IMG/VR virus record: IMGVR_UViG_3300024331_000152
Coordinates: 1-64,000 of that record
Strand: one strand, 5' to 3'
Length of the DNA stretch: 64,000 bases
Source: a virus
Lineage: Duplodnaviria; Caudoviricetes
Notes under the pieces: generated by a model
Told to the model about the DNA's origin: nothing
The model's database searches: none
Seen by the model: only the letters and a program-made list of their open reading frames with translations
Part shown: piece by piece, positions 8,785-18,598 of the stretch
Layout: every line of letters starts with the position of its first letter
Numbering within the stretch: position 1 is the stretch's first letter
Program-made: the position numbers and the translations under genes

Positions 8785-10110
8785 ATGGCAAGCTACGCGT
8801 GGCTCCAGTATGCTGCTGCACGTCAACAGTTGGCTGCGCGTTTAGCCGACCCCGGGAAAGTTTTTTGGTCTGATGCGGAACTCGGCATCTACATGTGCCA
8901 AGCATTGAGGATGTTCAACGCCCTCACCTTCACGTGGAAGACAGAGTACGTCTTCTTTTCGTCCAGTCTCTGGAATTCCTTCGCCACTCTTGCAGGATCG
9001 CCGCGTCTCCGCACATTGACGGATACATACGCCTATACCGAGCTTGAGTACATGTTGTTGGAGCCTCCGACCGGCAACACGTGGACGGGGACAAGTCAGT
9101 TTGGAATAGCAGATCTTTCCCAAGCGCTGCAACGGCGTCGCGACGAGATTTTGCAGGTTACGAACTGCAATCAGTCGCTGATGCCGAATATCCCCCTCAC
9201 GCCCGGAACGCGACGTACGATCCTTCCAGACACCGTTATCGATGTGGCTCGCGTGCGGTACATTCCAACAGTAGCTCCTCCGGGAGTTGCGCCAGAACCG
9301 ACGACTCTGAATCGCGATGATACTGTTGCTCAAGAGTTCTACGAACCGCCGCTCTGGCAGCTCCAGCAGGCGACGCCAAACACGTTCTCGATGACCTCTG
9401 AGCCGCCTTTGTCTTGGGATACAGACTATCCGCCAAATCTTCCGGGGACATTCGAGGCGGTTGTTTTGCAATCTGGCGCGCCGTTTGATCCGATCAGTGG
9501 ATCTACCCTCGTCAACATTCCTGATGATTATCTCTGGGTTGCTGAGTGGGGCGCGCTGGCAGACCTTCTGGGCCGCGAGAGCGAGGCAACAGATATCGAG
9601 CGCGCTCAGTATGCTATGAGCCGCTACCAAGACGGCCTCAAGCTTCTTCTGAATTCTCCATGGATCATGCTGGGCAAGGTGAATGGTCAAGCCGTTTCAG
9701 TAGATTCCATCGAGGATACCGACAACTACATGCCGGGATGGGACACAACTCCATCCTCTTTCGGACCGTCACTCATTATTGGAGGTATAGACTTTTTCGC
9801 CGCGCCACTTGGTGCCGGTATTGGCGCAACTGTTCTTGGAAATGCTCCTATTCCAACAACCGACACGTCATTTGTTCAGGTATCGCGGAGCAATTGGGAT
9901 ACGGTTCTTGATCTCGCGCAGTCGCGTGCGATGTTCAAGCAGGGCGGCATGGAATTTCAACAGAGTCTTGAACTCGAAGCCCGAGCGATACATGCATGCG
10001 CAGCAGAAAACTCGCGGCTCATTAGTCTTGGAAGTTTCGCAGACATCCTTGTACAGAGAGGGCAGGCGCAGGACAGAAGTCAGGAACGGTACATGTCGAA
10101 ACAGGAGTAG
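8785..10110 (+). CDS. Putative head-tail adaptor / tail tubular protein
   Basis: Size, position before the nozzle-like gene, L.D....FWSDAEL..Y..QA N-terminal pattern. Confidence 0.55.
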   Translation: MASYAWLQYAAARQQLAARLADPGKVFWSDAELGIYMCQALRMFNALTFTWKTEYVFFSSSLWNSFATLAGSPRLRTLTDTYAYTELEYMLLEPPTGNTWTGTSQFGIADLSQALQRRRDEILQVTNCNQSLMPNIPLTPGTRRTILPDTVIDVARVRYIPTVAPPGVAPEPTTLNRDDTVAQEFYEPPLWQLQQATPNTFSMTSEPPLSWDTDYPPNLPGTFEAVVLQSGAPFDPISGSTLVNIPDDYLWVAEWGALADLLGRESEATDIERAQYAMSRYQDGLKLLLNSPWIMLGKVNGQAVSVDSIEDTDNYMPGWDTTPSSFGPSLIIGGIDFFAAPLGAGIGATVLGNAPIPTTDTSFVQVSRSNWDTVLDLAQSRAMFKQGGMEFQQSLELEARAIHACAAENSRLISLGSFADILVQRGQAQDRSQERYMSKQE

Positions 10111-10115
10111 TAGCC

Positions 10116-10370
10116 ATGGACTATGTGATCGTTGCGGAGTGCGCAAATGGCCACGAACAACAACTATTCGTGGATGGGATGTTGGGCAAAGACTGGGTAG
10201 AAGAGCAGGCTCATATTCTCGACGGAACGTCGTCGCTTTATCTGCAAAAACCTTCTGAAGATCCAGAAAGTGTTGTTGGGAAGTGTGGAGTTTGCAGAGC
10301 AAGTTTTTCTTGTAAGGTCACATCTTCACATCAAGGCCAACTCGACGTACAGCCAGACAAGACGGACTAG
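10116..10370 (+). CDS. Small Zn-binding hypothetical protein
   Basis: C..GH and C..C motifs, SD AGGAG. Confidence 0.5.
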   Translation: MDYVIVAECANGHEQQLFVDGMLGKDWVEEQAHILDGTSSLYLQKPSEDPESVVGKCGVCRASFSCKVTSSHQGQLDVQPDKTD

Positions 10371-10373
10371 ATA

Positions 10374-13300
10374 ATGGCACAGGCTCAAAATTACGGTCGC
10401 GAAAATAACGGCCAGCGCTTTACTCCGGGCGGGATCGATACGGTGCATCCGTACGATGCGCTGCCTCCGGGAAAATATGCATACCTGCAAAATGTGCGCG
10501 CCTACAAGCAGGATCAGATCATTGGTCGCTCGACAGTAGGAGATCCTGTCATCTCGGGATTGCCGACCCCGATTCATTCGATGGCGATCATCAATGACTC
10601 AACACCAGTTGGACCGGTAGCAGGGTATGTGCGCGTCATCGGCGCTGCCGGGTCAATGTATGTGGACTCAACGCTGGTAGCTTCCGGGTATAGCACAAAC
10701 CCCGTTTCTTTCTGCCCGTTTCGTCCTAATACATCAGTGCAACCGTGGATGTATATCGGCGACAGTTCAGAGGCCGTCATGCTGATCACGCAGTACCTGA
10801 TCGACAACGTAAATGTTTTCTTCCCGTGCTTTGGAGCAACCAAGGTTCGCAGCGATGGTCTGATCTATAAGACTGGTATCAAGGAACCGCAAACAGCTCC
10901 GATCATCTCGACCGAGAACATCACCACGACGGGATCTGATCAGCTTAATGCGAACACGATACCGTGGACGAATGTTAGCGGGACCAATCCCTCCTACAAC
11001 TACGGAATGGTGGACTCCCCGCCATCGATCACGAATCCCGTGATTATTGCTGGCGGAGGTCCTGAGCTTGTCCCGGGATCAACCATCGTTCTTACGGTTG
11101 CCAATACAGGAGGAGCAAGCGTAAACGGCGTTATCGGTGCTCCACCGACGCAATCAGGACCAACTTCGGCGAATTATCCGGGTAGCGCGTCTGGAATTTC
11201 TGGAACAGCAAACATTATCATCGGAGCGTTTACCGATGACTCTGGAAATGTGATCGAGCCGGGTGGATCTCTCCCGCTCGTGTTTTTTATAGGCGCTGGA
11301 ATCACCGTCACTGTTCCTGCTACGGCAAAACAACTTCAGATCGGCATCGATTCATCGTCGAATCATGTCGACGCAAACTGGTTTGGAAACAACACCGGGT
11401 TCTTTACTGTCACGTGGACCGTGACAACCAACGCCGTCTCGTCAAACATGTCCATCCTGAGCGATCTCACCGCCTTCTATTGGGGAGATTCTCCGACTTC
11501 GGGACCGGTATCGGCTTATATTTGGAAAAATCCTAGCGATCCCGGTGGCAGTGGTCCGGCGCGCACAGTAGACAGCGCGGTCGGCAGTACAGCAAATAAT
11601 TCATTCATCTTCGACGCAACCATCATTGCGGGAGTTCCGCAGCTCCCGGGCACAGGCATCCCAGCGAATCCGATGGAATGGTCAGTTCTTAATACGGATA
11701 GCACGATTGCAGGGACGATCCCCGTGTTCACTCCGGCGATCAAAGGTGTCGATGGAAACACCGCGTACCAAAATTTTAATTTCTGCCTGACAGGTCAGCT
11801 TTGGATTCCAGAAGCTGGAGACTATACCTTCGTAATTACAAACCACGATGACATGATCTGGGGAATCGGCGGCGAAGGCGTTAGCGTAGTCAGCGCAAGT
11901 GCCACGCATAACGGCGGTGGCATCAGTACAGCAAAATCGACTCTCGGCCAGACAATCTCGGTAGCTGAAGGTTACCCGCTTCTGCCGCGAGGCAATTATC
12001 CGAGTGGCTCTGGCGGCGACGTCACGGTCTCAACTGTTGTGGTGCGCTTTGCTAATTCTGGCGTCTATCCAATTGAAGTGGACTACGACTACTGGTACCA
12101 CAGCGGGCGTATTCTTTTGATTCAGGCGTCTCCGCAGCCGGGACAGCCGGTGGCAATCATTCCGCCTCTGCCTGCTGACGTACGCAGCAACGTATCGTAC
12201 CGCTATGTGTTTCGCAGCTCGGCAACCGGTGCCGTATCGAATCCTTCTCCTGCGTCAACACCGCAAACAACGCCAGTTCTCGCCGATACTGTAACACCTG
12301 AATATTCACCAGATCCTCAAGTTGATAAGGTGGACTACTTCCGGATCGACGCAGAGTCTGAGAACTATATTTACGTTGCGACAGGACCGAACACAAATCC
12401 GCCAACGCCGATCACAGATGAGTTGACCGATCTCGAAGTGTCGAATAATCCGCTTCTTGAATTCGACAACTACGAGCCGTTTCCGGTCACAGACCTTCCG
12501 CATAAGGGAGTCGTCGATGTGACTGGCGGTGTGATCACGTGGGTGTCTGGAGATCAGTTCAATACACGTTGGCTTCCGGGAACCGAGATCTTGATTGGAT
12601 ACCCAACCGCTCTTGCGTACACGTTCATTGCGCGGCCAACATCGTCAACGACAGTGACGATCCCGGGCGTACCTGACGGAACAAATCTTGAGTACGAAAT
12701 CCCGGAGCCGATCCTCGCCGCTCAGCCTCTTCCTTATCTTTGGGGACCAACCGATAACGCCGCCTACATGTTCGCGTGCGGCGACACGATGAATCCCGGA
12801 ACGCTCTACTTTACAAAAGGCAACAATCCGGACTCAGCTCCAGAGACAAACCAGATCCCTGTAACGAGTCCGTCAGAGCCTCTGCAAAATGGAGTGATCA
12901 CTGCCGGTGTCGGTATGGTATTTTCAACGGAAAGACGCTGGCTCATCTATCCGACATTTACGACTGCACTTGCTGACGTGGAAGGCGTCAGCGGCACGCC
13001 GTTCAATCTTGTTCTCGCGTCATCTGAACGCGGTTTGTATATTCCAACCTGTGTGTGCACCGATGGCGGTAATACCACTTTCTTTCGTGCCAAGGATGGA
13101 ATTTATGCATGCGAATTTGGCGGTCCAGATCAATATATCTGCAATGACATCTTCAACCTCTTTCCTCGTGAAGGATTCTTTCCGCAGCCGGTTACTGTTG
13201 CCGGAAATACAATCCATCCTCCCGACGATACGCGCTGGTTCTTCCAAAAACTTCGCTGGGGCCAGACTGTTCTGTACTACGATTATCAGGATGTTACCGG

Positions 13301-14444
13301 AAACTGGAGAACACTCGTCTACGACATCCTCGCTAAAGGCTGGGGAGTTGATGTGGGACAGCCTAATTTCAGCGCGCACACGTGGGAGACAGGTCCGAAC
13401 ACGGACACTGTTATGGTTGGGTGCGTTGATGGCACTGTGCGTCTCCTCGGCAACGGTAATCCTGAAGCGGTAGAATCCATCGTTATTCCTGTTTCCGTCA
13501 ATGCTGGCGAAGCGCGAGCTTTTAAACAGCTCGGCGATATTTTCATCAAAGCTATCGCTGTAGCCTCGAATCCGATCTTGGTTTCGGTTTATCAAAATCG
13601 CTACGCGACTCCAGTACCGAACATTTCACCAGCTTCTCTAACGGGTACCGGCGATCTAGAGCCTTACATCCTCAATCCAAATGATGGCGAAGTTCGTGAG
13701 TTGATCGACGTCGGAGTTTCGCTGACGTGGCCGACTCCCTCGCTAGATCTTATCGATCTATGGCAACCGTCCTTCCTGCCTCTGCCGGAGGATACGGAAG
13801 ACAGGCCAACCGACTGGGATAATGCCGGGATACAAGGAAACAAATTCATCCAAGGCATGCTGATCGAGGCCAACACATTTGGCCAGCCGAAGGCGATCAC
13901 TGTCCAGAGATCGGACGACGGCGCGATCTTCACACCAAACGAATCTCCGATCACCTTGAATCGCCAGCAGATTATTCCGCTGACCTTCACGCCGCCGTTC
14001 CTTGCTCACTCAGTGAAGTTGATCACGACCGATGGCGTGCCGTGGCGCTTGTGGGGTAATCCGCAGTGGGTCGCGAAGCCTTTCCCAGAAGGAACTGTGG
14101 AGTGGCAGACAGAGTTAAATTCTCTTGGTCAAAAAGGCTGGTTCCATATCCGGGAGATGAACATTCCACTACTCTCAAATAGCGACGTCACCTTGACGCT
14201 CGTGTTCGATCAATGGCCAGTCATCACGGTCACTATCCCGTCAACCGGAGGGTTGCAGATCAAGAATAAGTACACGATGCCACCAAACAAAACAAAGCTC
14301 GTGAGCTTCCGGCTGTCCTCGACGGTCCCCTTCTACGTATTTCAGGATGACGTAGAAGTGAAAATAAAATGGTGGGGAAGTACCGGTCCATACGAGATCA
14401 TCAAGCCGTATGGTGGCCCATCGCAGACAGGAGCTGAGCTGTGA
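10374..14444 (+). CDS. Large tail nozzle/stabilisation-type protein with inserted PA14-like domain
   Basis: 1356 aa, beta-rich; G.LWIPEAGDYTF....DD..GVYPIEVDY PA14-like pattern; precedes ejection genes. Confidence 0.55.
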   Translation: MAQAQNYGRENNGQRFTPGGIDTVHPYDALPPGKYAYLQNVRAYKQDQIIGRSTVGDPVISGLPTPIHSMAIINDSTPVGPVAGYVRVIGAAGSMYVDSTLVASGYSTNPVSFCPFRPNTSVQPWMYIGDSSEAVMLITQYLIDNVNVFFPCFGATKVRSDGLIYKTGIKEPQTAPIISTENITTTGSDQLNANTIPWTNVSGTNPSYNYGMVDSPPSITNPVIIAGGGPELVPGSTIVLTVANTGGASVNGVIGAPPTQSGPTSANYPGSASGISGTANIIIGAFTDDSGNVIEPGGSLPLVFFIGAGITVTVPATAKQLQIGIDSSSNHVDANWFGNNTGFFTVTWTVTTNAVSSNMSILSDLTAFYWGDSPTSGPVSAYIWKNPSDPGGSGPARTVDSAVGSTANNSFIFDATIIAGVPQLPGTGIPANPMEWSVLNTDSTIAGTIPVFTPAIKGVDGNTAYQNFNFCLTGQLWIPEAGDYTFVITNHDDMIWGIGGEGVSVVSASATHNGGGISTAKSTLGQTISVAEGYPLLPRGNYPSGSGGDVTVSTVVVRFANSGVYPIEVDYDYWYHSGRILLIQASPQPGQPVAIIPPLPADVRSNVSYRYVFRSSATGAVSNPSPASTPQTTPVLADTVTPEYSPDPQVDKVDYFRIDAESENYIYVATGPNTNPPTPITDELTDLEVSNNPLLEFDNYEPFPVTDLPHKGVVDVTGGVITWVSGDQFNTRWLPGTEILIGYPTALAYTFIARPTSSTTVTIPGVPDGTNLEYEIPEPILAAQPLPYLWGPTDNAAYMFACGDTMNPGTLYFTKGNNPDSAPETNQIPVTSPSEPLQNGVITAGVGMVFSTERRWLIYPTFTTALADVEGVSGTPFNLVLASSERGLYIPTCVCTDGGNTTFFRAKDGIYACEFGGPDQYICNDIFNLFPREGFFPQPVTVAGNTIHPPDDTRWFFQKLRWGQTVLYYDYQDVTGNWRTLVYDILAKGWGVDVGQPNFSAHTWETGPNTDTVMVGCVDGTVRLLGNGNPEAVESIVIPVSVNAGEARAFKQLGDIFIKAIAVASNPILVSVYQNRYATPVPNISPASLTGTGDLEPYILNPNDGEVRELIDVGVSLTWPTPSLDLIDLWQPSFLPLPEDTEDRPTDWDNAGIQGNKFIQGMLIEANTFGQPKAITVQRSDDGAIFTPNESPITLNRQQIIPLTFTPPFLAHSVKLITTDGVPWRLWGNPQWVAKPFPEGTVEWQTELNSLGQKGWFHIREMNIPLLSNSDVTLTLVFDQWPVITVTIPSTGGLQIKNKYTMPPNKTKLVSFRLSSTVPFYVFQDDVEVKIKWWGSTGPYEIIKPYGGPSQTGAEL

Positions 14445-14569
14445 CAGATAAAATCCGTGTCACAATTCATGAACGCAGATGCATTCGCTGTGGTGAAGTG
14501 CAGCACGTTGTGCCGCCAGACGGGTTATGTCCGGCGTGCACGAAACGAAAGATCAAATTGGATAAATGA
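14441..14569 (+). CDS. Small zinc-finger protein (42 aa)
   Basis: GTG start overlapping the previous stop; CIRC...CPAC; stop overlaps next ATG. Confidence 0.5.
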   Translation: MTDKIRVTIHERRCIRCGEVQHVVPPDGLCPACTKRKIKLDK

Positions 14570-15462
14570 CTACTCCGCAAAATCCGTATTTTCCACAGAT
14601 TGACCATAGCGTTGACCCAAAAATCACCGTTCATTTGCAGCGTATGTATCCTGCGCTCAATGATCATGACAGGGCAATACGGACGCTAAACAGTAAAGTC
14701 AAGGCGATCCAAAGTACCGTCACAACTGTCACGAAAACAGTGAACTCGACGTCCAGTTCCAGCTCGTCTGGTGGTGGAACAAGCACGACGAACTTCCCGG
14801 GGCTCGGATACGTCAACCCGCAGCTCGGTCTTACGACATACCTGCTCGTCCAAAGTGACAGCGGGATCATGCTTCAGATAGGAGACGCAGCACCGGTCGC
14901 TGTCTCGCTCGACACGAACCTAAATTCCCCGTTTATTTGCTTCATCACGAATCTCGGGCCGAGTCTGGCGACATTGACGCCAACTGCTGGGGCCACGATC
15001 AATGGCGCGGCCTCTTTCGATGTGCCTAAAAACAGCATGGCCGTGATTGTTCTCGCAAATTTGCTGTGGTATGCAAGCGCGATCCAGATTGTGCCGCAAA
15101 ACACGCCTGCCGTTTTGCACGAATGGCTCGACAGTTACGACGATACGACCGGGCTGTTCACTTCTAGCCAGCCAGATTTCGCTGATATTTCTGGAGAATT
15201 GCAGAACGGCCAGCTTTTAGAAGGCACGTCAGCGAGCCTTGGCGGCAGCGCCATGACGGCGGGCCAGACGATCACTGTGGCAGTCACGGTAACCGGCGCG
15301 GCGACCGGGATGGTGGCCTGTTGCAGCCCAGAGACGTATCCGGGCGATAGTTTCGTCTGGGATTGTTACGTAAGCGCCGCAAATACCGTCACGGTCCGAC
15401 TGACGGCAGTCCTCGCGGGAACCCCAGTTGCGAGTCTTTATGATGTGCGGTTGCTGCCATAG
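14566..15462 (+). CDS. Tail-associated structural protein
   Basis: Thr/Ser/Gly-rich, beta-rich C-terminus, structural context. Confidence 0.55.
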   Translation: MTTPQNPYFPQIDHSVDPKITVHLQRMYPALNDHDRAIRTLNSKVKAIQSTVTTVTKTVNSTSSSSSSGGGTSTTNFPGLGYVNPQLGLTTYLLVQSDSGIMLQIGDAAPVAVSLDTNLNSPFICFITNLGPSLATLTPTAGATINGAASFDVPKNSMAVIVLANLLWYASAIQIVPQNTPAVLHEWLDSYDDTTGLFTSSQPDFADISGELQNGQLLEGTSASLGGSAMTAGQTITVAVTVTGAATGMVACCSPETYPGDSFVWDCYVSAANTVTVRLTAVLAGTPVASLYDVRLLP

Positions 15463-16220
15463 AGGAGGAGATACGCTTGAGCTTTTGCGGTCCAGACCTT
15501 GTTTTCAAGAATTCCGAGTCGCGTGTTACAGACTGAACATAGCAGCCCTCGTCGGCATTTATCGCATGCCGTGCAAGACTTAGAGCAGCAAGAATGATCA
15601 TGATCTATATGAAAAGTATTTCCATTGCTTTTCGGGTCTGTCGAACTACAAATAGCGCAAGCAAAATTTTGAGTTTTTAGTTTTTGGTCGTACCAATCCT
15701 GCGTTGCGCCGTAGTTCCTAAAACGTTTTTCAATTGTCTTTTGGCGCTCGTATCCGGGATTGTTTGCTTTCCATGTCTTCATATATCCCCTCAGATACTC
15801 TTTATTTTGTTGCTGCCATTTCTGAATGTGAATTTTGCGGTTCGGATTTCGTCTCTTCGTCTCTCTTTCCTGATCCCGATTATTCTCAGACCATTTATGT
15901 CGTTGTTTTTTACGACATACCTTGCATGTCGTGTGACGGCCATCCTTACAGTAAGAGTTAGGCTCAAAAAGAGTGACATTCTTCGTGTCGCCGCAAACGC
16001 GGCACGTTTTGGTTCCTATTTGGCTGGAAACTCGTCCGCTATTATGAGTTTTCCATCGTCGAGTTGTGAGATTTTTGCAGCTTTTACAATGAGACGAACG
16101 CCCGCCGTCCATCTCTAGACGTACGTCGAACTCGGCAACAGGCTTGGGCACGCCGCATCGAGTACAGTATTTTTCTTTGCCGCCTTCAATTTTTGGATAC
16201 AATGGCGCAGGTGGGGCCAT
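15438..16220 (-). CDS. Endonuclease VII-like homing endonuclease (antisense insertion)
   Basis: Two C..C....K....F....C..C modules, QN..CAIC...HIDHDH...RGLLC..CN..LG; AT-richer; own promoter. Confidence 0.9.
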   Translation of the reverse strand: MAPPAPLYPKIEGGKEKYCTRCGVPKPVAEFDVRLEMDGGRSSHCKSCKNLTTRRWKTHNSGRVSSQIGTKTCRVCGDTKNVTLFEPNSYCKDGRHTTCKVCRKKQRHKWSENNRDQERETKRRNPNRKIHIQKWQQQNKEYLRGYMKTWKANNPGYERQKTIEKRFRNYGATQDWYDQKLKTQNFACAICSSTDPKSNGNTFHIDHDHSCCSKSCTACDKCRRGLLCSVCNTRLGILENKVWTAKAQAYLLLYGSNRTS

Positions 16221-16289
16221 CAGAACCGCTCCTTTTTAGCGGGTAGGCTTTGGCCGGGTGTTTACAGCACCCGATGGCCTCATTATACC
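16221..16289 (-). promoter_or_regulatory. -10 box plus structured 5' leader with SD-sequestering hairpin
   Basis: Minus strand: TATAAT..CGGGTG-CTGTAAA-CACCCG..AAGCC..CCGCT-AAAAAGG-AGCGG..ATG. Confidence 0.6.
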
Positions 16290-16358
16290 TGTGACATCTT
16301 AAAGAAATGACAGTATTATTGATGCGACGGGCGTCCGGGAGCGCACTGATGATGAGGT

Positions 16359-16925
16359 GTGCTTATGAGCGGCTTTTGGTCTTCGCTCTTCGGCGGCTCA
16401 AACGACTCGCTAAATAAAGATCTCAGCAGTACCGGACAAACCGGCGACTTCGCGTCTGGACTTGGCCAGTCGAGTACCGGAAAAGGGCTGAAGTGGTTTT
16501 CCGATATCATGTCTGGCGATCAGTCAAAGATCACTAAAGCCCTCGCGCCCGAATTTGCAGCCATTCAAGGTCAGACTCAGCAGCAGAAAAACACCACAGC
16601 TCAATTCGGAAATCGTAGCGGTGGCAACAACGCGGCGATGCAGCGACTTGGCGATAGGGCAAGAGCAGCCCAGACTGATCTAGTTGGCAAGCTTCAGAGC
16701 GGTGCAGCGAACACGCTTACGAGCGCGGGTATGGGACTTATCAACACCGGCCTCAATGCAAACATGGAAAACGCCGAGCTGTCACAGCAGCAGATGTCGA
16801 ACTGGCAGAATTCTTTATTTGGCGGCGCGCTCAGAGGTGGTATGCAGATTGGGCTTGGATTCCTTGGCAAAAGGCTCGGCCTTCCGAGTAATACCACTGG
16901 TCCGAGCGGCCCGGGTAACGGATAA
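16359..16925 (+). CDS. Putative DNA-transfer/pilot (ejection) protein
   Basis: Gly/Gln/Ala-rich helical composition, GFWSSLFGG N-terminus. Confidence 0.55.
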   Translation: MLMSGFWSSLFGGSNDSLNKDLSSTGQTGDFASGLGQSSTGKGLKWFSDIMSGDQSKITKALAPEFAAIQGQTQQQKNTTAQFGNRSGGNNAAMQRLGDRARAAQTDLVGKLQSGAANTLTSAGMGLINTGLNANMENAELSQQQMSNWQNSLFGGALRGGMQIGLGFLGKRLGLPSNTTGPSGPGNG

Positions 16926-16939
16926 GCGGGAGGAATTTT

Positions 16940-18589
16940 ATGGGATCGTATGGCGGCGCAGTTGGCGACGCGTTTTATGGCGGTTTCCTGCATGGCCAAC
17001 AGCTTGGCGAGCAGCGCAATCAGCAGCAATTTCTCTCGACTGCCGATCAGCTCTTTAAAAATCGTGATGCACTCCAAGGCAAACTGTCCACACTGAAGGA
17101 TGCGGACGGGAATCCTCTGCCCGGATACGACGACACGATGAAGGCGTTGACGGATAACGAGACAGCGATCCGCCAGCACTGGCACCCTGATAAGAACCCC
17201 GGCATGCTTCAGAAGTTCGGTCACATGATCACCGACCGCATGGGGATCACTGATCCGAACATGCGTACGATACAGGCCGACAATAAAGCTGTCACTCAAA
17301 TGCAGGGAGATAAAAACAGCGCGCAGGCGCTCGCCAACGCTGCTCCATTATCGCCCGCGCAAGTCGCGATGCAGAATGTGGCTACGCAAGGGAAGGTACA
17401 GGCTGCGCAGATGCAGCAGGTGATGACCAACTTCGATCAAATGAATCCTGACGCGACGCCATCTCAACGAGCCCAGTTCAAAAAAGAGTACATGGAGTCC
17501 GCGTTCCTCGGTCGTCGCTGGAGCCCGTTGATGGATCGCGGCAAGACGCAGCTTATGGTTGGAGAGGATGCAAAAGGTAATCCAGTGCAGTTCATGCACG
17601 ATATCTATTGGAACCGAAACACGGACGTTGCTGGCAACGACATTGATGAGGATGTCATTACCGGCCTGAAAAACGTGCGGCCAGTTCCAACTACTTCATC
17701 TAAACAGCCAAGTCTCGGCTCTGCATTTCAGATTGCATTGCGCGCATACGCGAAATCGCATGGTGTTGCTGACGTTAGCGAACTTCCGTTTTCGGCTGTC
17801 CAGTACGTGAATGGTGTGATGGCACAGTCGCGTTTGTATCCAACTTCCACAACGTCGCACACGATGAAGCTTGGACCAGATAACCTCTGGTATCCAGTCC
17901 AAGAAACAAACGTCAAGACTCCCGGTGGAAAACTTAAAGATCCTCTAGGCGGGGCGTCCAGTAACTGGATGAACGAAGCATCCACTGCTGCTCCTACGCC
18001 ACCACAAGATGGGTCTACAGCATCGCCAACTGTTCCAGCATCAGGTGCTTCGCCAACTTCAAACCCGCAGGATCTTCGCAGGGAAGCCGAAAAGCGTAAA
18101 CCAATAGCGCCCACTTCTTATTCCGCGCCCGCAGCGACGGGTAATCTTGGGGTCGTAGTTGGGCAACCTCTTCTGCAAGGCAAAAGCCCCGCATCTGATG
18201 CCGCGAATAAGAAACTCAATGAAGCGCAAGCGGCGTACGAAGAAGTAGTGCGGGCCGCGCATAATACCAATCCCGTCGATAGCCAAGGCATTATTTTGTC
18301 GTGGCTGCGCGGCAAGGTTAATCGCGTGACGGCGACAGAGATTGCGGCAGTGAGGAATCTTGGTGGAGTGTTCGATAAATTTGACGGCTCATTAAGCTCT
18401 ATCGAGCATGGAACCATGACTCCGAAACAGATATCGTGGTTCGTGAAAAACGCCAAAGATAATCTCGATATTGCGCGTCATGTCGTTTCTCAATATCGCA
18501 ACCCGGTTCAGGGAGCGCAGGGCGCGCCCGCGCCGGGAGCATCTGACAGCGGCGGCGGCGACTGGAGAAGCAGGGCGATCCCGCACTAA
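16940..18589 (+). CDS. Putative ejection/internal virion protein
   Basis: SD GGAGG; Gln-rich helical N-terminus; position. Confidence 0.55.
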   Translation: MGSYGGAVGDAFYGGFLHGQQLGEQRNQQQFLSTADQLFKNRDALQGKLSTLKDADGNPLPGYDDTMKALTDNETAIRQHWHPDKNPGMLQKFGHMITDRMGITDPNMRTIQADNKAVTQMQGDKNSAQALANAAPLSPAQVAMQNVATQGKVQAAQMQQVMTNFDQMNPDATPSQRAQFKKEYMESAFLGRRWSPLMDRGKTQLMVGEDAKGNPVQFMHDIYWNRNTDVAGNDIDEDVITGLKNVRPVPTTSSKQPSLGSAFQIALRAYAKSHGVADVSELPFSAVQYVNGVMAQSRLYPTSTTSHTMKLGPDNLWYPVQETNVKTPGGKLKDPLGGASSNWMNEASTAAPTPPQDGSTASPTVPASGASPTSNPQDLRREAEKRKPIAPTSYSAPAATGNLGVVVGQPLLQGKSPASDAANKKLNEAQAAYEEVVRAAHNTNPVDSQGIILSWLRGKVNRVTATEIAAVRNLGGVFDKFDGSLSSIEHGTMTPKQISWFVKNAKDNLDIARHVVSQYRNPVQGAQGAPAPGASDSGGGDWRSRAIPH

Positions 18590-18598
18590 GGACATCCG

